The translations under genes were made by a program, and so were the position numbers. From positions 186,001-250,000 of the IMG/VR virus record IMGVR_UViG_3300017917_002374: a DNA stretch of 64,000 nt, one strand, 5' to 3'. Below the pieces are notes generated by a model, which was not told the origin of the DNA, did no database searches, and saw only the letters and a program-made list of their open reading frames with translations. How positions within the stretch are numbered: position 1 is the stretch's first letter; the number at the start of each line of letters is the position of its first letter. Below, in pieces: positions 7,810 to 20,800 of this stretch.

Positions 7810-8892
7810 TCAGCGCAAGCCCAAAATGCTCACTAGATTTCCAGCAAACACATTGCCAGAAATAGTACTGTTTGTGGTTCCGCCCACATTTCTAGTTAAA
7901 TTGGTTAATCTGCTGTTAGCAGTCCAAACTCGTTCGTACCAGATTACCTCGCTGGCGATTCTAACGGCCCCCACAGTAGGCCTATTACTAAAATACAAGT
8001 ACTCACCTGCAGATACTGTGACATTTGCGTCAATATTTTGCACAATCACAGTGTTGTTAGTTGGAAAGATTTTACGCACTGTGGTTAAAGTATCATCAGA
8101 TACTAAAGCAACGATATTAGATGTAGCTACTAAACTTCCTATCTTTATATTGTCTAGAGTTTCAAGTGTAAGCACAAGACTGTTTGCTAATAGTGCGTTT
8201 GCAGTGATAGTGCGCAGGTTTCTAATGGTAAAGTTTTTTGGATAAAAGTAACAGGTCTCGTTCGCTGAAACAGTAATGTTAGTGTTAGCAATTAAATTCT
8301 GTATTAGCACACTGGCGTTGGAGAATATTTTTTGCACTATACTGTTTGCTGTACTAGGAATGTTAGCGGTAACAATTTTGTCGCCTACTGTGATATTAAC
8401 TGTGCTTGACAGAGGAATCCATAGGTTACTGTTTATTTGAGCACCGTTGGCAAAATACGTATTGGCACTCACAACACTGTTTGCTGTTATACTGCTTGGC
8501 GTAGGAAACAAAGCAATGTTGCTTACAGCTATTTCTGCATTGCTCCATGTCACTAAGTTACTAGTCAAAAAATCGTACTTGGGCAATCTAGGATCAATAT
8601 TGGTTCTATACGACGGGAGCACTTTGAGAAACGCTGTTTCAAATGTGTTAGTGGCATATAATCCAACATTAGATACTAGTTTTTGAAAGGTAATTGTGTC
8701 CCCAATACCCGTTGATAAATTGGTAGACACTTGTACCACGTTTGAACTAGCAAATATTCTTTCAACTCTGACATTGTCACTTCTTGGCACACTGTTGGTA
8801 ATAACACAATCAGCTACTGCTACCCCTGATACAGAGTCTACATAAACATTAGCGTTAGAAGATGCTACAACTATATTTGCAACTACACTCAT
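7810..8892 (-). CDS. Virion-associated protein made of three copies of a ~55-60 aa beta module
   Basis: 360 aa, Asn/Thr/Val-rich, internal repeats; starts 1 nt after the stop of the giant gene. Confidence 0.6.
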   Translation of the reverse strand: MSVVANIVVASSNANVYVDSVSGVAVADCVITNSVPRSDNVRVERIFASSNVVQVSTNLSTGIGDTITFQKLVSNVGLYATNTFETAFLKVLPSYRTNIDPRLPKYDFLTSNLVTWSNAEIAVSNIALFPTPSSITANSVVSANTYFANGAQINSNLWIPLSSTVNITVGDKIVTANIPSTANSIVQKIFSNASVLIQNLIANTNITVSANETCYFYPKNFTIRNLRTITANALLANSLVLTLETLDNIKIGSLVATSNIVALVSDDTLTTVRKIFPTNNTVIVQNIDANVTVSAGEYLYFSNRPTVGAVRIASEVIWYERVWTANSRLTNLTRNVGGTTNSTISGNVFAGNLVSILGLR

Positions 8893-8893
8893 A

Positions 8894-11800
8894 TTATGTT
8901 CCTGGTTCTAACCAAATACTTGATTGCGGTACTTGATTGCTTATGCTGGTTTGGTATGTTACAGAATTAGCGTCTCCACTAAAACCATTGTTCACAGTAA
9001 GATCAGAAAGTATAGTCAACACTGTGTCTCGTGTGATTTCTTGTGCCTGACTTGCATCACTAATTAGACTTCCTACTTCATGTACCAACGGAATACTGGT
9101 TCTTGAGGCACCTCTACGTATGTCTGTGATAGCATTTCTTCCTACATCTCTTCCAAAATAATTAATGCGTTCTGCATTGATCCAGATGGATCCAGGTTCA
9201 TTTAGAACTGCATTTGGTTCTGGCAGTTTTGTTACGTCTTCAACTATGATTTCTGTATCGTCGTATGCCAAACTAGAAGCCAACACGGTGGTATTTGCCT
9301 GACTCAATCTATAATAAACAGTTGGATTTTTATAATCTGTGAATATCTTATAAGCTATTACATTGCCATAATCCACATTACCGTTGATCACATTTGCAGT
9401 GAACACGTTCATTTGCAAACTGTCAATTACCTGTCCAGGCACAAGTTCTTCAGGTGCATGGCTACTGTATGTATCAATAAATTGACCACCATTGATAACA
9501 ATGTCTTCAGGTCTAGTACCAAGATTGGTATCAGTATATTCACTGCTAATAGTGGTATCAAGACTCAGTATATCCGAAGCAGTTTCAGTAAATGGTTGTC
9601 CAAATACTTTTACACCACTGTAGCTGGTTCCGGGTATTAGATCAGGAATATCCTTGGCCAAATGATTCAGCACACCGCCAATGGTGTAAAGTTTTGCACC
9701 AATCACGCTGGTGCCACCTTGAATTCCTAATGTGGTATTTGCTTCTAGAGTAAAGCCTGACGTGATTGCAACTGCATTAGCAAATACCAAGGTTCTAGAA
9801 TTTTTAGGCAAAGCCTGCGTGGTCACATACTGAGATTTTAATCCAGTAGTGTCAAACAGAGTAATCAAAGATCCTACAGGTATGTTTGCAGTGAACGGCT
9901 GACTGATTCGCACTGTGGTTGTGTTAACACTGATACTGTTGTAGTCAATGTTAAGATTACGTCCACTGCCTTCAGCATACTGCCAAGTAAATGCAGGGAA
10001 TCTACCAATCTGTTTGATTCTAGCACCTGTTGGTATACCAGTACCAGAAATGGTCCAGTTGGCTGCAACTTTGTCAAATCCTGACACATACACTGTGTTT
10101 TCGCCTCTTGACGCAGCTCTGCTGGTCACCAAAGTTTTGATTTCGTTGTTTGGCCCTGTAAAGGTCAATGTGGTTCCTACTGGAATGTTTGCAGTAAACA
10201 CATAAGCAAAGCTGATGCTTTGCCCTGTTCTTGAACTAAAGGATGTTGATGCAAATGCAACATTCACTGTCCATTCGTCTGTGTTAGAATCATAGTTAGC
10301 TGTGGTTACCACACTGTCCGCTGGCAGGTGTGTGGAAGTCACTGTCATGCCTGGAATTATCCAACCTATTAGTGCTGATCCATTAATAACAATTTCAGCT
10401 GTGGTTGCAGATACTACTGCATCCCATCTAGCCAGGGTTTCTGATGATGCACCAGCTCTTGATTCAGCAGATAGAATTGGATTGATGTTACCTAGATCAA
10501 TGTAGGCTTCGCTTTGTGATCCAGGATATCCCCAGATTGTGGTACTACCAGTTCCTGTCACAACAAATTTTTCATTATCCCATGCAATATCTGTGAGGTC
10601 AATTTTCTCTAAAGCACTTGGAGTCAGTGGACTAACAAAATTATCTGCGTTAAAATATCTAAAGTTCTTGTACACATAAATTCCGTGATCCACTACAGTT
10701 TTTCCAATAGTGTCGCTTGCAAGATCGGCAGTTCCAGTTTGCACCTCAAGCGGACTATCAATTCTGTTCCAAATCAGTGTACCAGCAGAACCAACTGCCA
10801 CAATGTATCTATCAAATGTGGTACTAACTGCTATACCATTGATTTGTTCTCCAGATACTCCGTCACCCTGGCCTCTTATTTCAGCTGGCACTGCCATGGA
10901 GATCCATGGATAAGATTGGTTGGTAAGTTTACCAGAATCGTAATTATAAGATTTGGCATATCCTTGAATCAAATCGTCCAATCGGTTGTAACTGGTGATA
11001 AACATGTTGCCGTTTACTCCGCCCACAATTACAAATCCCTGCTTCATTAAAGATTGGGTACCTGATGTAAAGTATCCAGAAGACTGCAAGTCTACAGTAT
11101 ACTGAGTACCATTGTTGTCGGTTAATGTGCCAAAATCAATCGCATGTACGGCTAAAAGTTGTCTTGGAAAGACAAAAATGTTTGGTTGAGGTTTAGCACT
11201 GTACCAGCCTTGTGCAACATCTTCTGACGTGTTGTACGGATTTACTAACACACTGTTTCCATTGCCCACAGCTACTACATACTTTGATCTTGTGGTAGCA
11301 GCAGATGCTACTCCAACAAAGTCTACTACCTGATTTGCATTTTGTTGCACAGCTCCTTCAGGATTGTTGGCATCAGGACTAAATTTAAATTCAGTAACTT
11401 GTTCTTTTGTCCAAGTCAGAGCATTTGTTGAAGTTAACAAACTGCCTTGATTGCCTACCACTACCCATACGTTGCCGTCAAAAAAGCATCCATCTCTAAG
11501 ATCAATATCGCTTTCTCTTACAGGTATGTAGGTCCAGGTTTCACCTGTTTGGCTTACTGCTAGCAGAGCTCTATTCCCGATTGCTAGATATTGATATTCG
11601 TGCAGATAAGAAACGCCGCCGGAGTGTAAAACCTTGTTCCACTCATTGTTCTGGCTAACGGCTGCTTCATTTGTATTACTTGCATCCAATCGTTGGCTAT
11701 CAGGACTGCTGTACAAAGTTGCAATATCAGGACTTCCTGGTTGATTGTATACTGCAATTCTGTCAATGGCATTATCAATATCAATTCCTGAAAGTTTCTG

Positions 11801-14800
11801 CACCACTGACGCATCATTAAACAGATTTAAGTCAAGCGTACCCGAGCCCAACACTGTTTTTAATACTTTGTATGCGTAGTTGTATCTTGGCAATGCTTGA
11901 TCTGGCAGGTTGTTAAAGAATACCGAAGTCACATCAGACACCACCACTATGTCATCTGTATGATAGGTGGTATACGGTTTCCATTTGGTTACTTTTGAAG
12001 CGTATGTTACTCTATCAAAACTTATCAAGGTTTTGATATTTCTAACAGTTTTGTTTACTGTACTAGACGAAACATCGCCGCCAATACTTGACAATACCAC
12101 ATAACCTTTAGCACCAAAACCGCCACCACCTTCAATGATTATACTAGGTTGACTTGTATAACCAGTACCTCTGCTGATTAGATCAATTTCAATCACGCTA
12201 CCGGTGCTGTTGTCAATAGTAGCGACCGCGGTGGCTCCTGTGCCACCACCGCCAATTATAAACACACTAGGAGCTCTTATGTATCCTTCACCTCCATTGA
12301 TCACAATCACAGACTCTAACACATATTTGTAATTAACTGACCAGCTAACAGCAAAACTATTGGCAATTAAATTTGCGTCTGTTGTGTTGTTAATATCAAG
12401 CACACGATAATTTCTTTGATCTATATCATAAATGCTTGACAAATCAAAATCAGTAGTATTGGCATTTGTGATATCAGTACCTTCGTAATCCAATAGATAA
12501 TTGCGCAGTTGAGTTCTGTATGGCTTGACTTCGTTAATGTAGTTTTCAAAATAATCTTGCTCGTCTCGGATGTATGACGAAAAAGTTTCTAGTTTACGTA
12601 TCTTGTGTACCACCGAAACCAAACTGGTCTTGATCAACCAATCTAGAGATCTTTGTTCGCTCAAGATATAGTTAACCAAAGTAAAGAACAGCTTGTTTAT
12701 CTGAATGGTATCAGTATCTGTAAAAATACCAGAAATTAACCCTTGCACAATGTTTCTTAGTTCTAGTGCAATGGTTTTGGCGAACCCAACGTTATCAAAA
12801 GGAGCGTTATCAAACCCAACAAGACTTAAATCATAATCGTACAATGCAGTACTGATTTGTATAGTGCCATTTTCTACTCCAACAATAGTTAACGACAAAT
12901 CTGCATTGGCCAAATACAATTCAAATTGTCCGTTGCCGTCATCAAGCACCTTAATTATATTGCCTGGTACCAAGTTCAACGTGACTATATCTTTAAATTC
13001 TTGAACAATATAATCAATTGTAGTTGTTTCATTATATCCACCGGCATACCAGTCGGCATAGAACCAATAACGACTGCTGTCATAACTTTGAATTCTTATC
13101 AAAGTCCAAACAGAATAATCAGAATCTGGAGTGTATTCGTATATGGTCCAATATGCTTCGTAATCAGCATCGGATCTTACCAGTACTTTATAACCTGCTT
13201 GCAGTTCTTCAGTTTGAACATACAGCAGTTCGTCCTTGGTATCAACTATAAGATTATAAAAACCAGCAGCATCTGGGGGTATCGGTTCTGCATTTTTTAA
13301 AATACTTAGATCTTTGTATTTTACAATCAGTTGTTCTTTGAGGAAACGATTTACGTAATCTACAAATACCTCAGTGGCCTTTATGGTATCTTTGATCATG
13401 CTCTGACGCGGACGAAGTGCAATACCATAACGTGTGCTCTCGCGTAGAGATAGATCAGGTATTACTTCACCAACAATATTTTCTCCTGCAAGACTATCAA
13501 TTAATTTATTAATATATTTCTCAGGAACCGGACTGAGCGCATTTCCTTGCTGAACTAACTCGTACTCGCTGTGCGCAATATTTTCATTTACAGTAATACC
13601 ATAGTCTATTTTGAAAATTATTTCGTCTGCTAGAAGATATCTATTGACGTTGTATAAACTAAATGCATTAGAACCAACCACTGCAAAGTAAGGCAAATTT
13701 TGACTTTTTGGATCTGCGATGATTTTTGCTAACGATGCTACACTGTTTGACCGTTTGGTTCTTACAATATCTACGGTGATTTTATTTTTTACCCAATAGT
13801 AATATTTGGTACGTATTAATCCTGACTGATTATCTAAAAAGTTAAATTCTACGTAGGCAGTATCGTCAGCATACAATGCTTCTCCGTCGCCAATTAAAGT
13901 TTGATATTCGCTAGGCAGTACAAAACTTTCAACCCATTCGCACACTTCAATTTCGCTTCCAGGGAACAATTCTCCCCAGAAAGTTGTTCTATATGATAGG
14001 TCGCCTTGTTCATAATCAATGTATCTACACTTGTCCAGATTCCACCAGGTTTTACCCACATGTAGATCATTCCAAACACTGTTTTCATCAAACGTTTGTG
14101 TGGTTCCGTTGCCCCTGTTGTAAACTGCCGGATCGTAGATAGTTTTATAATCTAGATCTTGGTCAGCTATTCCTAATATCTTGCCCTTAGCAGGATCAAA
14201 ATAATCAAGATCAGTGACAATGGTTTGAGTTTTACGATTGTACAAGAATCCTTGATTAATGTAATCAATATCAACTTTGTCTGTTCTTGATCTTAATTTG
14301 CTCCATCCTTTTTGTTCGTTAGGATTAATAAAAAGATGTAACAACCCTGCATTATCATTATAATAATCGCTCTTGGTGGCGCCCACGATGATCCAGTTGT
14401 TTCTTATTTCAATACCAGATCCAAAATTGTCATCAAAGAAAATTCTACTGTTCTGCAATACCTGATTGTATAGATATTGACTTGGTGCCTCTATGGTTTC
14501 GTTTGGAATAGGTAGATAATCGTAGATATAAACAGCACCAGAATTTTTCAAAAGATCAATAAATCTTGTGGTATCTTTATCAAACACAGTTGCTTGATTA
14601 TCAAAAGTGCTTTTCTTGAGAGTAACACCGCCCTCACTGGATACCACTAGGGTTTCACCTGTTACATTGTCCAGTTTGATAAGAGTTCCAAATCTTTCCG
14701 GAGCACCAAGCTCTGGGTGCCTAAATTCCTGTACTGGTGTATAGATAGAAAAACCTATGTCTTCTAGTGCTGTACCTGCGCCGGGTAATATGTTTATACT

Positions 14801-17800
14801 GTTTGATTTAGCGGTCGCATTGGCTAATATAGTAATTTGAGATGTTCCAATAGTTGACGACATTCTTGCCAACACTGTATTTGCGCCAGTTACTGTCACA
14901 GTAGGAGCAAAAGTATATCCGCTACCTCTGTTGGTAATTTCAAAACTGTCAATCGCCCCATTAGCGAACAGTGTGATGTTGCCCACCGTAGCGTTGATAC
15001 CATTTTCAATTTGATCTGGAGCGTCTATTACTATGGCCACATTAGATTCAAAATAACCTGTTCCTCTTAACGGAGTACCAAGATCAGATAAAAACACTAA
15101 ATTACTTACACCATCAGTACGAGCAAATATACCAGTTATTGCTCGGTTGTTAATATCTTTAGCAACCTTTTCACTGTTGCCATCGCTTTCCTGAAACACC
15201 ACAGGAATATCATTTATTCTGATATAATCGCCCTGTAGAACTGTAATATTGGCATTGTCTCCGACTTCTTTACCAAATACCAATGGCTTATTAACAAACC
15301 GGTATACTTTTCCATTGTAATAATCAACATCTCTATAGCCAGGTGCACCAACAAATATGTTTTTTCTTGATTGGTCTACTGCCACGCTTTGACCAAAATA
15401 ACTGTCTTTGACTATATCAGGATTCTCTATTTTTTGAATCAAACTAAATTGATTTACATCAACTTTTATTTTAGCTCCGCTTCGTGGAGCAGTTGTAAAT
15501 GTAATTGTGGTTTGTTCAGGTAAAACTACATAAGCAGTGGCTATATCTTCTAAATCAACCGGACCACCGCCTGATAAAACCACAGTTGGCACCGATGTAT
15601 ATCCAGAACCTGCATTAGTTACTATCACACCTGTTACTTTGCCTGTGGTAACATCAATACTAGCAGTAGCGGTAGCACCAGTACCGCCGCCTCCTGTAAT
15701 AACCACAGTTGGTGCACTGGTGTAATTTGCCCCACCATTAATAAGCACAATGTTGGAAATTCCAGATTGACCCACGGATCCTACTTCGTAATCAATTCCT
15801 TGAGAGAGTTCAAATCCGTCAATGGTAATTTTTGTAACTCCTGCAATGTCTCTTAAGGTTTTGTAAGTGTTGGTACTTCCTGAAACTGAGCCAACAAACA
15901 CTTGATATTCTCGGTCAAAGATATAGACTTTACCTACTCTAATAATATCAGTGTTATCATCAGTTGCCCCTGCTTCCGGAGCTCCAATTGCAACTTGATA
16001 TCCTTCTTTATCTATTGCCAAAGACCAGCCAAATTTTGCCACTCCTCTTGTGACTTTACGATTTTCAGTTCCTTGCAAAGCAAAAGCGCCGCCTACTAAT
16101 TTTTTATACAGTTGATATGATCCTGAGTTAGCCCCATCAGTGTTTAATACCTTGACGATGTCACCAACTTGATAACTACCAGCAACCATTGCACTATAAG
16201 TATCCACCGTGGCCGCCAATAATTGTCTTGCTACACTGTTAGATTGTACTCCAGCTTCCCACACAATTTGATCAGTTGGCTCAAGTGTGGTAACTAAAAT
16301 ATAATACTTGGTCAAAACATTTACTGCTAAAGTAGCTTCAGTAGCAAAGTCGTTGTTAAGAAAATTTAATGTTACTCCAGTTAGGCTGTAATCAACCCCC
16401 GGAATAAAAATTCTACCACTGGCTCCTACTACATTTATCTGCTCAATTTCCACCGGAGTAGTGGCCAAAACATAGGATGTTTGTAAAATTCCTCTAATTA
16501 CAGTTGGTGTGATAGCAGTTGTAGGATATATCTGCGACAGATATAAAAAGTTTTCATTTTGAATTGTACCAAAATTTCTAAAGGTTAATACGCCTGCTAT
16601 CACAGTATAATCAAAATCTGGTTCGTACAGTTTACCAGAATCCCCTACTACTTTTACTTCTGCGCTGGTTTTGACCAAAACGTAATTAGTAATATAACTG
16701 ATTTGATTGGTTATAACTTCTATTTTTTGTTGATTTGTTGGAGTGGATTTAGCAGCGTATACATAAACTTTGTTTGCTCCTGGAGCACCAACATATAACC
16801 AATTTTCATCATCTGATACAGCCAAAGCGTGTCCAAATCTATTATTACTATCAAGTTCGGCTGGATGTAATACCTGTTGAGAAATCCAATTAGACCCGGT
16901 ACTCTTAGATATTAACACTGCACCTTGTTGATCAAAACTTCCAGGTGCTCCTACATATCCATATCCACTGCCTAATTCTAACGAGAAACCAAATTCCTCC
17001 GCGTCAAGACCAAATGTGATTAGATTTTGAACTTGAGTAAAGCTACCTTCATCTAGCTGGAAAGTTCTTACTGCTCCTGTGGTTTTTACAATTTCTAATT
17101 CGCAGTCAATGCCGTTACCAATAGAATCAGTTATTATCACCGTGGGTTTATTTGTATAACCTTGTCCAAACTCTCTTAATTGCGCAATTGTAACAGATCC
17201 GTTAGTGACATTAATATTACCAGTAGCACCTGCTCCAGTACCCCCGGACACAGTAGAGAACTGTAATCTAGGAAAGCGATAATTTTGTCCTGTTGCTGCT
17301 ACTAGCAGAGTTTCTACACTGCTAGGAGCTAGTTTTACTCTGAGAATCGCTCCATGATTGGTGTTTGTGGTAATAAGATTTATTTCAGGTGGTGATGTAA
17401 ACCCAGTGCCTGGATTTAGAATAGTGCAAGAATTAATAGAACCTGTGCCAGCACCAGTGGTAATCAAGTTAACTATTATTTGTGCTCCAACACCGCCCCC
17501 GCCTACAACTTCTACAACCGGAGGAGTAACGAATCCACTTCCACCATTTATCACTTCTACGCTTGAAATAAATGTAGGGGCTAGTCTTGCCTGCACGTTA
17601 CCACCAGAACCGCGAGAGAAATTTAATGTAGCTTCACTATTAAAATTAATTAATATTGGCCCTGTTTCAACCGTGCCTGTTAAAGTATTGATAGCAGTAA
17701 TTCTTGTATTTTCTGGAATTACATTACCAGTACCATCGTCGCCTGTAACTATGTCATTTAAGAAAACTCTTGAATGTGTAAAAGTAAGAGGTTGTGAATT

Positions 17801-20800
17801 AACAATAGACCATGTGATACTGTCAGTTAATGTGATTGTGTTGCTTGAGTAATTGATACCTGCAACTACTGCTGATGCAACTGTGTTTCCTGTGCCATCA
17901 TTGCCTGTGACAACATCTCCTACCCAAATATCATTAGAGTTTGTTAATACCACACTCTTAGAAGATATCACATTAGCAGATACTGATTTAGTTACACTCA
18001 CACTGAGTGAGGATATAGGAATAGTATTGCTTTGGTAGGTGTTTGACGATGTAGTAGCAACATTAAAATCAACAATCTCAATATTAGGTAACAGATCGTA
18101 ATTGTTTCCTGACGCTGTAAGTCTTGCGGTCAACAGCGTGCCTGATTCAGTATCTAATGTAGCAGTAACATTTTTGCCATTTTCTAGATCAGGGGCGCTA
18201 AATGTTGCTTCTGGAACTTCGTATAAAAATCCAGGATTTATAACTCTAATTCCAGAAACACCACCGTCTGAATAATCTTTGGCACCGCTGATTACCAGTC
18301 GTTGATCATTATTAATAGCAATAGCTTCGCCGTACCCTTGCTGAGACTGAGCTTCACCTTCTCTCAAAGGTAAAATTTTATCAAAAGTCCAACCTGCATT
18401 TTTTTCAAACACAGCCCACAGGTTGTTTCCTATATCATTGTCAATCCAAATCTTGTCTTTGTCTCTCCATCCATGTCTTGGCACAAAATCTACCAGTTGA
18501 TTTATTCTTGAGAATCTTACTGATACCAATGTAAGTAACACGCCAGTACCGTCAACAAATTGTTGTGATCGCAATCTCTGTAAATTTTGATATCCTTCAA
18601 CCACAAATTGATCGTTATTAGTTACTGCTGTTACTTGGTAGAAACCATTGTAATCAATATCAAAGTTTTTTACAACTATAACAGTGCCTGCTACCAAGCC
18701 GTGCGGAACATTGGTGGTAACAGTTATTCTGTTGTCCAGACCAATTTGAAACTGGTTTATCAAAACATCAGTTTCGTTAACTCTATAAACATTCCAATCT
18801 TTGTTGAAGTCTCTGGCTACCCAGATTTTAAATCCGGCGCCTATAATGTTTACTAGATCTGCATAACTGGCATAATCTGTGATATCAAAAATTGTGGCGT
18901 CAACATCATCAAGTCTAGGATACCCAGCGGTTACTGCATCAGATAATCTAGTTTTAACATCCTGTCTTAAAGAAATAATGTTTTTGTCAGTGAGATTATC
19001 TGGTGCATAATACAACTGACTAATTTCCACATTTATCAATCCCTCTTGATCAACATCAGTTTTGTTTTTTAATACCAAAGTTGATGGGTTGTTCTTTAAA
19101 TCTTGTTCAAGCAGTTGAAACTCAACTGCTTGATCGCTGCCCAGAGCACCATAATCTCCTACACGCAGAGCCCATTCTTCATACAATTCAATATTACTAA
19201 AAAGATTATTAAATCGTGCAGTGGTCAGCGCATCAATTGCATTGATAGAACCTTTTTGTTTAATGTATCCTTGATAGAACTTGGTCTGACTCACGTTATC
19301 AAGTTTGAAATCTTGAAAATAAGATCTTTCTCTGAAGCCAGTTATTCCTGAACTTAAACTATCAAGATCAGCATCTGCTACAGTGTCATCAATGTTATAG
19401 ATACTGTTGAACTTTTCAGCGTTGTAAGAAAAGTTTGGCAATAGTCCTGTCTTGATTTTTGCTTTATCAATATTACTCCAGTAAGTAAAATCAAATTCTG
19501 TTGAAGCAGGTACTTCGCTGATTGCAAAATAAAACTTTTCTTTGAAACTAATCAATGCGCTTTTTCTATAATTTCTACCAGGTTGCCATTCATCAATGAT
19601 ATCGTTATTGTAAACAAATCCACCAGGATTCAATTGTCCAGTCCAGTTGTTGGTTTTGTTTCCTATTAGTCGTAAACGGTACTGTCTGTTTCCAAGTTCA
19701 GGTTGGTAGACAATGTCTCCAAACACTGTACTATTATCCATTAATAACACATGTTCGTATTGTACAAGGTTAAAGACTGCTAGTCCAATAGTATGTCCAA
19801 ATACTGAGGTGATTTGAAAAACGTTATCATCCCGTAACACTGAAAACTGACTGTTCTTGATTATGTTAAAGTTCTGATCAAGAATTTTACTTGCGCTTAT
19901 AGAATTAACCACATGGTCAACTACACCAGCAGTGTTGATAATTTTAATGCTGTTAAACACCGGACTCAATACCAACAGATTACCACTGGCCCATCCTTGT
20001 TGACTCCATACAAGGAATTCTTGCGCACTTAGAATCCAGGTTTGTTTTGTTTCTAGATCAGGATTAAAAGTATCAAAAATTAAACCTTGCGCAGTTAGAT
20101 ACCTACCATAACTGATCAGGAAATCTACTACCTGTTGCTTTGTGGCAAATTCAAATCCATAAGGAACTATCACTTTGGTGAATTCAAAATCTCTATAAAC
20201 AATCGCAGTTTCCTCAATAGCATCTATAGAGAATACATTATTATTTCGCTTGCTAGGAATTATTGTAAAATATGGTTGCTCTAGATCGTATCCGCGCACA
20301 GCAAAGCCAGTAGTAGTTCTTTCAATTACCACTGCACTATAGATAATTTTTTCTACAGGAGCGGATTTGTTTAAGAAAATTTTATAGTTTTCTGGAGGTA
20401 AAATTATACTACTTGCATTACTCACAGGAGAACTTTGATCTGCAATCACTGTGAGGAAATTATTGTCGCTGTAGCCAGCCATTTTATAACTGAGCTTTAC
20501 TTCAACGTTTCTCACAAGATTATTAATCTTGGCCGTTCCGTCTATGGCTTTGTTTGTGAACCAATCTCTTACCCAGTTGATGTATCCTGCAGTTAGAGTA
20601 ACTACTCCTGAGTTAAGTCCATCGTCAGGAATTGTAAAATTATCTTTGTTAACTCTTTGTTTGGTATCTGCTAGAACCAACTGATCAATATTACTATCGC
20701 GTAGATATCCAACTGTGTTCATGAGAGACCCAAAGTAAAATGCTGGTCTACTCAGTGCTATGGCTATTTGAAGAGCATACGGATATTCGCTGCTTCTTCT

